This document shows positions 37,871-51,437 of a stretch of DNA of 64,000 nt, piece after piece (position 1 is the first letter of the stretch; each line of letters begins with the position of its first letter). The notes below the pieces were generated by a model. It saw nothing but the letters and a program-made list of their open reading frames with translations, searched no databases and was not told the origin of the DNA. Source of the stretch: Eledone cirrhosa (Eukaryota); the NCBI GenBank assembly GCA_964016885.1, contig OZ024753.1:2542001-2606000 (forward strand). The letters run 5' to 3'. Position numbers and translations under genes: made by a program.

Positions 37871-37949
37871 AAATTCCTTCAAAATTTTCCAATATTAATC
37901 ACGGCGCGTGGGCTGTGTGTTGCATTAGAAATAGGTTACCACGAATGCA

Positions 37950-37963
37950 TATAAACATATGTG

Positions 37964-37996
<33 letters not shown>

Positions 37997-38466
37997 TTTT
38001 ATATATGTATATATATAAACATATATATATATAAACATATATATATAAACATATATATATATTTGCATATGTATATACGTATAAACACATACATAAATAT
38101 ATACATACACATATATAAATATACATATATAAATAAATAACCCATACTAGCGTGGAAAATGGACGTTAAACGATGATGATGATGATATATATCATCATCA
38201 TCGTTTAATGTCCATCTTCCATGCTAGTAGAACTACAAGTGAAGTCATTATTTTAATTTTTTAAATATACATTTTCAATAGAAATGTAATCGTGGGAATA
38301 TAGATATAAATGCACACACATACATTATAAATATATATATTTTTACAGCTTTTATATATATATATATATTCATACACATACAATATCTATTTGTGTATTA
38401 GTTTGTATATATATATATATATATATACATATCTATGTATATATACATATATATATATTTTTACAG

Positions 38467-38497
<31 letters not shown>

Positions 38498-38645
38498 TCA
38501 TACACATACTATCTATTTGTGTATTAGTTTGTATATATATATATATATATATATACATATCCATGTATATATACATATATATGTATATATACATATTCAT
38601 ACATATAAAATATCTATTTGTGTATTAGTTTGTATATATGATATA

Positions 38646-38691
<46 letters not shown>

Positions 38692-38708
38692 CTATGTATA
38701 TATACATA

Positions 38709-38778
<70 letters not shown>

Positions 38779-38851
38779 CAGGAACAAGTAGGACCCCGGC
38801 GGCTGAGCTCAAGCCGTTTCGACGGCTAATTCTGGACCACATTTCCTTCGT

Positions 38852-38906
<55 letters not shown>

Positions 38907-39638
38907 AAATGTTTAACCCCTAGCAAGCAGGGAAAAGCGGATGTAACATGATGGTGATATATATATATATATATATATAATGTATGTGAGTGTGTAGGTA
39001 TTTCGTATTTTTTAATATGATACAAAACTAATATAGTTTTAAAGTGTATGTTATACATATTCTATAGGAATATATAAACATTAGACTATGGACACATATG
39101 AGGGAGAGAAAAATAAAATAGTTATTGAATGTAATACCTAAACGAAAGGGTTTATAGCAAATGACAATTGAAACAATGACTGCGTATACTGCAGGTTACA
39201 AAGATGAAAGCTATTTTGTTCACAGGAGATAACAATGAAAGGTTTGAATATGTTGCAGAAGGATATCAATTAATATCAATAATTAAAACATGTATGTTTT
39301 GAAAGATGTACAAACATTCCTTGATTGTTTTATTACTTATAAATTTGGGGATGGAAAAAAAAAGCAAAATTGAACTTTCATATTTTACCAAATTTTATTT
39401 CATGTATGATTCTTATAATGGAATATTGTCTTCTTTTATTTTCATACAAATGTTGTTATTTTCTTTTCAGTTTTTTTTACGCATCATAATAATCATAAAA
39501 TGTTATATCTGTACAATGCACACAGCTAGATTTCCAATGTGAGAAAAAAAAATTTTAGTCTCATATTAATTTTGTATGCATGTCATCAGGTATATATATG
39601 CATGAGTATCTATGGGCACACACACACACACACACACA

Positions 39639-39672
<34 letters not shown>

Positions 39673-39911
39673 ATGTAATTATATATGTGTATATATATAT
39701 GTGTAATTAAATACGAGTATATATATCTGTATAAATATGAATTTATATATATATATATATCTATATGTATATGATATATATATACATATGTATAAAATTA
39801 TATATGTTCATATATATATATGAACATATATAACATATGTAATGCTGTATTGTGTAAGTTCAAGATTAACACAAACTCAGTTCAGTTTAGGTGGGATCCA
39901 TTAATCCTGAA

Positions 39912-39953
<42 letters not shown>

Positions 39954-40110
39954 AATATACATATATACACAAATATATATATATACACAAATATATATAT
40001 ATACACAAATATATATATATACACAAATATATATATACACAAATATATATATACACAAATATATATATAGATATATATGCAAGTGTATAATATATATGCA
40101 TATATATACA
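37950..40110. repeat. Cluster of (TA)n/(CATA)n microsatellites with embedded RTE/SINE tail remnants
   Basis: Directly visible; tail remnants at 38140-38228 and 38910-38958. Confidence 0.9.
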
Positions 40111-41794
40111 CATAATTGTTTTGTCGGTTCAGAAAAATAGAATTCATTCTAAAAATGTTTAATAAAAAAAAATAAAAAAAAGACTCTGATAATTGAACAA
40201 ATTAAAATCAAAATAAAAGAATGTAAACAATTATAAACCAGAACCACATCAGTTTTGAACAGATAAATTTCAAAACTTATTTTTACTATACTTGAAAAAA
40301 AAAAATTATATCTAACAAACCAATATGAACTCAGTCTAAGTTTGTTTAATATTTTCAATTTTATGAATTTCTTTCATAAGCACAAGGCCTCGGATTTTGA
40401 AGGAGCTCTAGTGATATTCATTCCCTTTGATTTCGTCATCAGTAGCTTTGATTAAATAAACTTTTTTGGCTTTAATCGACAATCAATGCCTGTTCCCAAA
40501 TATAGCTCAGCAAGAACTAAACTCCTCTTAACCAATGCAATTAGACCTCCTTATTTATTAGAAGTATAACTATATGAAGTGTAACCTAGCTAGAAGAGAT
40601 GTAGTTTCGATGACATCTGCTTTTATTCTAAGTTTTTTGAAACTGATGACCTTATACATTGATGCTCGACTTTTTTCTCAAACTATCCTACACATTGTAT
40701 ATCATAAGAAAACACATGTTTAGAAACCAAAGCTTGAAATTTCCTTCCAGATATCTTGAAAATAAAATAACTAAACTGTTTCCATGTCATTAATCAGATA
40801 GATACATGTACAAATATAAAGATATGAATTTGAAATGATTTGTGCACAGTTGAATTTTTTTTTAATACATTTTTTCAGTAAATTTTTTAATAATTCTTTT
40901 AACAAAGCACACACATACGAATGAGCCTTCATAGTATTTTCATCCTGTGCGTGGGGCTATGTCTCTAAACCAAAATAAATAGTTCAAGTCACTGCGTCAA
41001 TGGATGTCTAAACAGAATATCCATTCTTGTAATATAACTAGAATTGAACTAAGGTCATGCCAGTATTTTCTGTTAAAGAGCCATAGAAACTGAGCTGACC
41101 ATATACTTTTTCTCCCCACCCCCTGTTTTTATTTTAAACCAACAACCACAACTTCTAGTTTCTTTTTTAAAAGAGGCATTGGTCAAAATAATTTTGTCTG
41201 TCCTCCCTCCCTCCTTATATGTTGTCTCTTTTTCATTCCCCCATTTTAATTTTAATGATGTTTGATAACAGTAATAATAATCAAAAGAGTTTATAGCTTT
41301 AGTACAAATATATTTTCTATAAAGCAATTGTTCTCTTTTGGTTCTAAGCTTTTTTCAATCTTCAAAAACAATGTTGTTGATAACAGCAAGTAACAATAAA
41401 ATTGTGAACATAAATTTCCCATAATTGTACATAACATCAGATATTTGGAATCTCCATCTCATTACTTCTATCCAATGTTGAATAGAATCAGGCTGATAAG
41501 AAATTCTAAAATATATAAATATACACTTTCAATACACACATGCATAAATATATATAGTGCAATATATATATATTTTATTAGAATCTGAAGCTTCTTAAAC
41601 CATAATTTTCAGTTCCAAATTTCCAATTGCTCAAACAATTTAGTTGAACAGTTGGAAATGTGAAACAGAGTTACAATTCAAAAGACCTCAGCTTCTGATA
41701 AAACACATACACTCCACTATATGTTTTAAGTGCATTTCCCGTTTGTAATCACAAATGTTCAACAATTCATATGTATATACACACACACACACAT

Positions 41795-41886
<92 letters not shown>

Positions 41887-42726
41887 AGAATATATATAGA
41901 CATTATATATATATATATATATAAAACATATATATGTATATGCATATATATTCCTCAAAGCATGCATAAACAGTTTCAAAGAGAAGGCCAACTTAGTGAA
42001 AATCAACCACATATCTTTCTGGTTCTGTTTGAATGTTTAACAAAATGTCATTCAATCAGAATTAAAAAAATTGTGATTTCGATTCTCATCTTTTTTACAA
42101 TTGCTGATTTTTATGTTCTTTTTTAACATTTCATTATGTATGCTTTGTCACAAAATTATAATATGTCCAGGCATGTAAAGAATAGATTCTTCATATGATG
42201 AAGCTGGTTATTAATCAACATTTCACAGGACTGCCATTTGATGCTATCTGTTACAGCTATCAAACACAGGTATCTTATCATGAAATAGAGCCATAATAAC
42301 AAAGAGAGTGAGAAAAAAATAATGAAAAATAAAAGATAAAATAACAAAATAATAAAAACAGCATCAAAACAAGTATTTATATAACTTGTCTGTTCGTCTA
42401 TGGGTAAATATTCCTTAAACTAATTTACTTTGGACGATCTGAACACTTTTTTTGTTTGTATTGTCATTTGTCTGGCAGTAGTCTGTAAATTAGTCAGATT
42501 TCCTTTTTACAGTGTTTTGTTACTTAATCAGTTAAAGATTTAATCAACAAAGCTAGCTAGTATGTTAGTTTTAGTATCCTATTTAGCTGTCTTAATCCAG
42601 GTATTAAACATTTTGTATTTATTGCGTCTCAATAATATTGTTTGCAATTTCATATAGCGTGCATATTCTTGTTTTTTTATATATATATATACAACATATA
42701 TATATACACTCTCCATATATATATAT

Positions 42727-42780
<54 letters not shown>

Positions 42781-45403
42781 TGCATGAACGTACATGCATA
42801 TGTATATTTTAGAAAGGACTAGAAGACATTTTCTTTTAAACAAATTGAAAAAAAGAAACCCTTTTAAATTTTCATTTTCAAATTGGAAACCTAACAGAAG
42901 AATTATATGTAGTCTTTGATATTCTAAAAAATGTAATACAATAAAAAAAAAAATCATAAAAAATTTGCGTTGCTCGCTTTGATGAATATATTTACTTTTG
43001 TCAGTATTCCACAATAGTTAATAGCATTTGTTTTCAAAATGTTATGCTTGTTTCTATTGTTATTTTTTAGTATTTCCTCTACTTGTGTTCTCACAGTTTG
43101 GTTCCGCTTTAAACACAATGAACATTTTATGATTGTGTACTATAATCTTTGTCTTCCATTCAACAGACATTTGATTGTTGACTGTGTAGACAGTGTGCAC
43201 CAGCCCATGCCATAGCCAATTTAGAGTTAATTTTATCAACATTCTTGCTACTTTCTTAAATAATATCTTCCAAAAGCTAACCTGAAAATATTTTCCCTTT
43301 TCTTTGTCAAATTATTTATATATATTTATATATATACATATATATATACTTTTCTTTTTTTAATTTTCTCTTTAAAACAGCAATCTATTAATTCTTCAAG
43401 TTTTCTCTCTTTATTATATTAAAAATGATGGCTTTTATTTTCTCTTGAGAACTATTTTTTATTGATTTTATTCTTCCTATGCAGAAAGTATGTGGACAAT
43501 TTTAGTATCAAATTTGCTTCAAGTTATGATTACAAAAAAACACAAAATTTATAATAATAGTAATAATAATAATAATAATACAGGCATTTTTTTTCAAGTT
43601 GTTTCAAAGAAAATTATCTGCTTAAAAGTGTCTGTTTTTGAGGTTGGCTTCAATTTTCCTTTTAAAATATTCATTATAATCAATTTTACTTTTTTTTAAT
43701 ACGCTTTATTCTATGTTGGTTTAATAAGAAAACCACAAAAATGTCTCTCTCTGCTGCCAGTGGATGAAATCAACTTTTTCTTCAAATTTAAATTTTTATC
43801 TTTTTTTTTAGTATATTTCAAACAAAAATGGAATAAAATAAAATGTATTTTATACAATAACACAGAAAAAAAATATTTTCCAATTTTAGAAAGACCTCCC
43901 CTACCCCACCACAAAAGCTCCGTTTAACCCAAAAGTCACCAATCTCCATTGCTTCTTCACTTAGGAGATTTCTCAATGCACACTCGGGGCCCAAACTTTC
44001 TACTGCCTGCATCAGGCTTGCCAATGTTTTCAAGTGTGAAACACTTCATTAATTTGGTATTGTGTTATCCAAGATTGGTCCTATACAATTATTACAAAAA
44101 CCTCCTTTCCCCGTTGTGTGTTCCTCACCGTCTTCCATTCAATAGATTTGTTTAAATTTTCCTTTCAACATTTCTATCTTTCACCTTATGCCTTTCCCTC
44201 TCATCCACATTTAGCCTCGTCTATTTCACTAGCTTTGCTAATAAGGCTGACCCTCAAATATCTAATTTAAACAGAATGTTTAATTTGACATTTTTTGTAA
44301 TAAACATACTGTGGGGGAAGCAGGGTAGGAAAATGTTAGTTTTAATAAAGATGATGTTACAAAGAGGTGGGAAAATGTTGGGTTTCTTTTTTCACTTGTA
44401 AATATGTAAGGCCATAAAGAAAAGTTTAATAATTAAAAGCAAAATCTATAAATATGCTAGAGTGATAATAGTGGTATATAATGTTTAACATTGTCTTTAG
44501 AATGTATGCACAAGTTTGGACTTAAGTGTATGTGTGCTTTTAGTGTTGGTCCAACTTGTTTCCGTATTACAGTTATTAGAATTTAGAGAAATAAAATAAA
44601 TATTTCTCAATATTTTAAAATTGCTTTTCTTAATCTTCTCACATAAATATCAATAATTTCCTTTTATTTATATATTTTTCTGTTGTCATTCAAAATCCAG
44701 GCAAAAATAATGTTATGATGAATATTATCTTAATATTTTTCATCATATATATATATGTATATATATATATTTACTTTATTGCAGTTTTAACATTTCTGAT
44801 TGCAACATAATAAAACACATTCACTATAACTGTATAATAATTTTTTCTAATGCTTGAATATATTATTTTATCAAAAGAAATTTGTTTTATCAAACTTATA
44901 ATTTGTAATTATTTAACCTTCTCTGAAATAGATTCTGTTCTCATTATGTTAATGAAGAAGTTTATATAAAATGATGAGGGTCATAGTGATAGCATTCAAT
45001 ATGTCTATAAGGCTATTTCTATCAACTTAATGCTTTAAAACTCACTGTATAATTAAATTCAATTCACTTACATTTGAGTGAATAGAGCAAGTGATTTTTT
45101 TTTATGTATTCTGTTAGTTTTTGTTGCTTTTTTGCAATACACAACCAGATTTAGTAATTTCTGCTTGTGTAATTACTTTGGAAATGTCTAATAAGAATTA
45201 GTTATATTTCATAGCAGAACATTGTTAGATAATTATGTGCATAGTTCTTAACTTGCTAGGAATTAAATGATTTAGTTATAATAATGAAATAGTAGTAACA
45301 GTAGTATATTATAAACACAAATAATAACAATGTTGTTGTAATTATTGCATCTTGGTATCATATAACAGAAAATCTATAGCATTAACATATGTGTGTCTGT
45401 CTG

Positions 45404-45487
<84 letters not shown>

Positions 45488-46171
45488 AGTGACAAAGGAG
45501 AATTATTTAGGATTTTCTGTAGGGGGTGATAACACAAATTAAACTAGTTTGCTATATAATGAATCCAAAAACCAAAACTTCGGAACTCAGATCAAAGGGC
45601 ACAAGACTGTTAGATTAGTCTAGAAGAGTGATGAGAGACAGACAGATGTGCATCATGCAGCAATAGACATTTGCTTACAGTATGCTTCGGTAGATGGTAG
45701 CAGCAATAGCTGTGAAATGTCCCATTCACTGTTCTCTTGATGGATTTGGGTACTATGATGTGCTAAAATCATGCTCATAGCTCACCCTTTTCTACCTCAA
45801 GTACCACACATACACACATACATATGTATGCATATACTAACATACATATATATGTATGTAAATCGTAACATATCTGTTAGGATATATGTAAAAATAGGTT
45901 AATGCACACATACATGTTATATTTAGCCTATGGGTTTAAATGCATGCATTTGTATGTATGTGTGAGAGTATATATAATAAGTTCCAATATAAAAGTTGTT
46001 CTCAGATTTGTCAGCCATCTGTATGTGCAAAATACTCTCAACAATCTGTTGGTACTGCTGACCTTTATAGGCTGTTATCTTATAAAGTGGTATCTTTTTC
46101 TTTATTTTTAAGTCTGTATTCCCATCTATCCTTCCTCTCCATTCTGTTCATCTTTCCCATTAGCTTCATGG

Positions 46172-46290
46172 TCAGGATGTGAGTTTGACGAGACCCCAAC
46201 ATATCACTTGGGTTAAGAAGACACAAAATAGGCTGGATGGTAGAAGCCGTGGTGAAAAATTAGTTTCCTCGCTACGTTTGTCCTTATGAT
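46172..46290 (-). CDS. Candidate terminal coding exon with a GPI-signal-like hydrophobic C-terminus
   Basis: Strong acceptor CTTTTTTTACTTTATTTGCAG; phase-1 frame xHKDKRSEETNFSPRLLPSSLFCVFLTQVICWGLVKLTS*; TE-poor sequence downstream; no upstream exon identified. Confidence 0.3.
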
Positions 46291-46404
46291 CTGCAAATAA
46301 AGTAAAAAAAGAGTATGAAGGAATTTGTAATCATTATTCACATTTATTTCTCATAATTAAACATGAAAAGATATTTTTATGAATAGATTTGCAAAAACAT
46401 AATC

Positions 46405-47290
46405 TGAGGGCTCTGTAGAAACAGTAGACAGCTTCTGCTACCTAGGTGACCGAATTAGCAGCGGAGGTGGGTGTTCATAAAGTACAATAACTAGGGTAAG
46501 AATGGGATGGAAGAAGTTCAGGGAACTACTGCCACTGCTAGCTGCAAAAGGCTTCTCCCTCAAAATGAAAGGCAGACTGTATGATGCGTGTATCCGAACA
46601 GCAATGTTACATGGTAGTGAGACCTGGGCACTGAAGGTGGAAGACTTACGTAGATTAGAAAAAAAACAAAGCCTGCATGCTCCGATGGATGTGTAATAGT
46701 AATATACGCGAACGACAAAGCATAAATGAATTGAGAGAGAGACTGAGCATAAGAGGAATCAAATGCTGTGTGCAGGAGAGGCAGTTGCGTTGGTATGGAC
46801 ATGTGATGCGTATGAAGGATGACAGCTGCATAAAAAGGTGCAGAGCACTAGAAGTCAATGGAAACCGTGGAGTGGGGAGATCCAAGAAGACCTGGGATGA
46901 GGTGATAAAGGCCGACCTTACCCAATTACACCTCTCAAAGGTGATGACACACGACTGTGACCTCTGGCGTCACGCAATAATACAGATTATCCGACCTCCC
47001 ATGGGTACAAGCTGAAGCATATAGACAATATGCCCCCACACCCTCCCACTGCAAGGTGGTAGTGGAGGTGCCACGGCAAAAAAGCACCCAGCCCACACTG
47101 TAAAGTGGACGTGTAGGCGCCACGGAAAAAGCACCCAACACTCACTGTAAATGAAGTTGGTGTTAGGAAAGGCATCCAGCTGAAGAAATGAAGCCAAAAT
47201 CAGTTCCACTGCCCACAACAGGACAACCTGTCTAACCCATGCTAGCGTGGAAGAATGGACGTAAAACGGTGATGATGATGATGATGATGA
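46405..47290 (+). mobile_element. 5'-truncated RTE-clade LINE (RT C-terminus plus 3' UTR and (GAT)n tail)
   Basis: ETVDSFCYLGD...GWKKFRELLPLL...MLHGSETW...MLRWMC...QLRWYGHVMRM...[15 protein letters not shown]; tail ends GATGATGATGAT. Confidence 0.92.
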
Positions 47291-47689
47291 TCTGAGAAAT
47301 AATGGTTGTAAATTGTTTGAGAATCCTCATGAGCAAGACTTGGAGCTGTTGTAAGTTAACCAAGTGGCTTGCTTGAACCTGTTTACCAGATAGTAGATTT
47401 TAATTGTAATTCTTGTTACACATACAAAGCTTGTTTCTCCTAAAACTAAATGCAATTTCTCCCAACAGCAAATGTCTAAATTTGAAAAACATATTCCCCT
47501 TATGCTTGCATTGATAAACTGAGTAGTATTAACAGTGAGAGATAAAGATAAATGAATGTGTTGGGCTGCTTTTCACGTTTCAAGAAATAAAAACAATAAT
47601 AAGTTTTTAAAATGCCAAACTCGTAAAAAATGCTTTTCTATTTTGTAAAGACAAAGCCAATCATGAACTAAATGTCTATATTAGAACTT

Positions 47690-47880
47690 AGACATCCTCC
47701 ATATTCCCTACCTCAGATTTCATCCCTATTTTCCAACCCCTAAACCTTAAAGATGCAGATTATATATCATGACTCATACACTGTTCACTTTCCTGACATT
47801 TGTATATTATTCTATATACTATACATGCACCTTTGATGAGTTGTAGTGCACCTTATCACTGTACTCAATAATTTCATTAG
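47690..47880 (+). mobile_element. CR1-like LINE 3' UTR fragment (uninterrupted)
   Basis: ATGACTCATACACTGTTCACTTTCCTGACATTTG...GCACC matches 61127-61440 with the SINE removed. Confidence 0.7.
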
Positions 47881-48984
47881 TATATCAACAGTGTATTTTA
47901 TGTTGCTTTCTTAAAAAATTAGAAATTCTAGTTAAGTACCTGTAAGTAGTAATATTTAATTTTGATTTATTCCCTTACTTTTAAACATACTGTCTTTAAA
48001 ATGTGAATGATATACAGACTATTAATTGATATTCATAAAATAAAATAGCTGAGAAGAAATTAGTTTCAATATCATCATATAATTTACATGTTATTCAAAA
48101 AGTAATACTCTTTTGTTTCATATTTTTAATAGATTCTAGCCTTTTCATCAGACTCCCATCTGAAAATGGCAATGAAAATAAAAAAAACCAACAACGAAAC
48201 AGTTTTCCTTTAGCCTTCTTAAATGATATATATTGATACAAAAGCAGTCGATGACTTTGTTGACATTAACTAAAATTACAAAATTGAATGACTTAATTTA
48301 GGATGTCAGTCTTTAAATAAAATGCATTAATAGCAAAATGATGGTGATTTGGTGTCTAAAATGCAACCAAGCTATACATCATCTTTTCATGTTTGGAACA
48401 AAGTGAAAGAAACATTATATTTTTCTTATAAATTTCATTCTAAACAAACAAAATGAGAACAATAAATGGAAGAAAATGCAACAAATGTTGTTCAATGAAA
48501 ACCACTGTTTTAGTAATTTAGAATTTTATCACTAATAAATTATTTGAAGACTTTTCCTCCGTGTTGTATTAAAAATGTAAGAATATTATTGTTATTGAAA
48601 ATGTCAGTATGTAGTTAATATTCAATACATATTTTTACATTTTAAAAATTTCTCAGTCATCTTTTCCTTTTGTAGTCCAATATTCAAATGGATTAAGACC
48701 CATTAATACTTATTAAATATACACGTATATATATACAATAAGACACATTACTTGATAAATAGACATGTATATATATTCCAACTATACAGCATATAAGCTT
48801 TTCAAAACAGTTACAAAGATATATTTTATCACTCTCTTATGTACATAGTAAAACAAAATATAGTTTAAACTATTGATATTGAATGGTTTATCTAGGATAG
48901 AGCCAACCATTCAGGGATTGGTGACAGTGGTTTCATTTATGTCTAACTAAAAATGCTGTATTATAAACAAGACTATACATTAAT

Positions 48985-49170
48985 TGTTTCTACTTTTGAC
49001 ACAAGGCCAGCAATTACCCAGTAGATTACTGGTACTTTATTTTATCGACCCCATAAGGATGAAAGGCAAAGTTAACCTCGGCGGGATTTGAACTCAGAAT
49101 GGCAAGGGCCGTAACTCTATGCGTCAAATCATGGCGTCCGACCCTCTACCGATACTGCCAATTCACCGCC
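48985..49170 (-). mobile_element. SINE family 1, young copy
   Basis: TSD AACAAGACTATACATTAAT at 48966-48984 and 49179-49197. Confidence 0.9.
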
Positions 49171-49371
49171 AATTCATCAACAAGACTATACATTAATGGA
49201 GAGAAGAAAGACAACTAATCTCTACATATAAACAGTGCATGAAATATATTTCCTTCAGTATGATAAACATTATGTGACATGCAAACAGTCTTTTAATTCA
49301 TTAATCTATGATGAAAACATTTGAGAGTCACTGTCCAAGTTTCATCAAATGGATCTAAATACAGGCACCAA

Positions 49372-49698
49372 TGGGTGACAAATCGGTAGAGTCATTAGAA
49401 CATTGAGTAGAATCCCTCATGTTATTCATTCCAGCTCTCTGTTCCCTGATATCAAATAATGCTGAAGTCAACTTTGCCTTTCATCCTATCACGGTCAATA
49501 AAAAAGTACCAGTCTAGTACTGGGGATAATTCTTCTTCTGCATCTCTTTTTCGTTTCCTGTCTCTCACTTTCTATCTTTCTCTGGAAGAAATCTTCTGTG
49601 GTCAAGCTTGGGGTTGGGCTCCACCAGGCTTTAAATACCCTAGAAACGCTAAATGCCACCACAGCATCCCTATGACTACATCAGGAGTTACGGGACCA
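49372..49698 (+). mobile_element. SINE family 1 variant with alternative tail
   Basis: Head and core plus the tail shared with 3259-3376. Confidence 0.65.
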
Positions 49699-49737
49699 TG
49701 CACATATATATATATATACACACACACACATATATAC

Positions 49738-49769
<32 letters not shown>

Positions 49770-50460
49770 ATGTTCAGTCTAGTTTTTAGAATATCCAAAA
49801 TTGATGACAAAATTAGTGAGAAATGTGTGATATGAGAATTTTATTAAACTACTGTAAATCTTGCATTTCATGAAAGCCATTTCATTGTAAAACACCATAA
49901 TTGAACCTCAGCTGTCATTGATTCTACCACAGCTATTAGCTTCCACTCACAACCATTGCCAAAACAAAAAATGTCTGCAATCTAAACCAAAGCAGAAATC
50001 CATGCAGATCTTTTTATCCAAAACTCAATAAATACTTTATATTAACACACTTCTCTATATCATCTTACAGATAAACACAAATAACATTAAGTGTTACCTG
50101 TATTGCATATGAAACAGTTTTTTATGGAGAATAATAAAGGTCCAGAACCATCAACTACTATCACCCACCACTTTCTCAAAACTATGACATCTCACAAATG
50201 TTGCCCTTCTTTCTCATTTTTTCACACAAAATTTGTGTTTTCAAAAAGGTCATTCACCTGAGGATTTAAGTAGGTTAGTTTCCTAAAACACCTTATGTTG
50301 TGCAATAAAATAGATATCATGAAAAGTCAGTTTTATGGTTATTCGATAAAATACACACACTCACACACAGGGGTATCATCATTACCCTCATTTTACATTT
50401 GAAGTTTTCTACATTTTCTAAGTATTTCAAACTACTCTATGCTCTGATAGCTTATTTTCA

Positions 50461-50515
<55 letters not shown>

Positions 50516-50850
50516 CACATATTTGTTTTGCAAGGTTTTTGATATGTATTCGTGCAAACAGAGACAAGATTAAATAAATAAAATAAAAATGGCTTGGGCA
50601 TTACAATACGAGAGGAAACATAATAGTACCACTGATGATGTCTCAGATGTGTGACAAAAGAACTTTCATAGACTATATATATTTATATCTGTATTTTTAA
50701 ACATTGATTTCCAGATAAATTATCCATGGAGATATAAAAGATACAGAAGCGAAAACCAATCCAAACCAAACAGTGAGTGTGTTCTATTATTATTTCTGGC
50801 AATATTATAACAATATGACCCTCCCCAAATATAGCAATATATACATATAC

Positions 50851-50881
<31 letters not shown>

Positions 50882-51018
50882 TACATATACATATATATAC
50901 ATACATATATATATACACAAATATATATATATATACATACAAACATATATACATATATATATACACACATATATATATACATATACATATATATACATAT
51001 ATACATATACATATATAC

Positions 51019-51050
<32 letters not shown>

Positions 51051-51317
51051 ATATATACATATATATATATATATAGTATTAAGGGTACTATGTATGGTTA
51101 TTTATCATGTAACACTTTATATGTAAATTGCCATGCTGTTTCATTTGATGAATGTCACCCCACTGTTGATCAATATGCGCATATGTTTTATGTGTCTCTT
51201 GGGTTGAAAAGGAGGTCAAGTATGTTATAAATAGTTGCTCCGAAGAATCCAAACCTCGGTTTGGAGGAAACAATTGTAAGCAAATAAATGACTTAAACTG
51301 AACTTTGATTACTGTAT

Positions 51318-51349
<32 letters not shown>

Positions 51350-51392
51350 CATACACATATATATATATATATACATACACATATATATACAT

Positions 51393-51435
<43 letters not shown>

Positions 51436-51437
<2 letters not shown>

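Larger units (their letters stand above)
21400..37895. repeat. Large rearranged palindrome / inverted segmental duplication
   Basis: Inverted pairs: 22385-23820/36960-37895; 21720-22090/34455-34790; 26208-26470/35755-36050; 26480-26680/35335-35545; 26860-27325/34020-34432; 25885-26190/33405-33720; 27370-27830/32262-32720. Confidence 0.9.

Noticed and set aside
21400-37895. Assembly fold-back chimera as the explanation for the palindrome
   Set aside because: The arms are clearly diverged and carry arm-specific TE insertions with clean empty sites, which a read-level artefact would not produce.
43818-44033. ORF MKTLASLMQAVESLGPECALRNLLSEEAMEIGDFW
   Set aside because: Non-ATG start, no convincing splice sites, no recognisable homology.
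50715-50772. Plus-strand 58-nt exon-like segment (TTCCAG|...ACA|GTGAGT); similar isolated acceptor at 62470
   Set aside because: Splice-like signals are present but there is no recognisable peptide or compatible partner exon; not supportable without RNA data.
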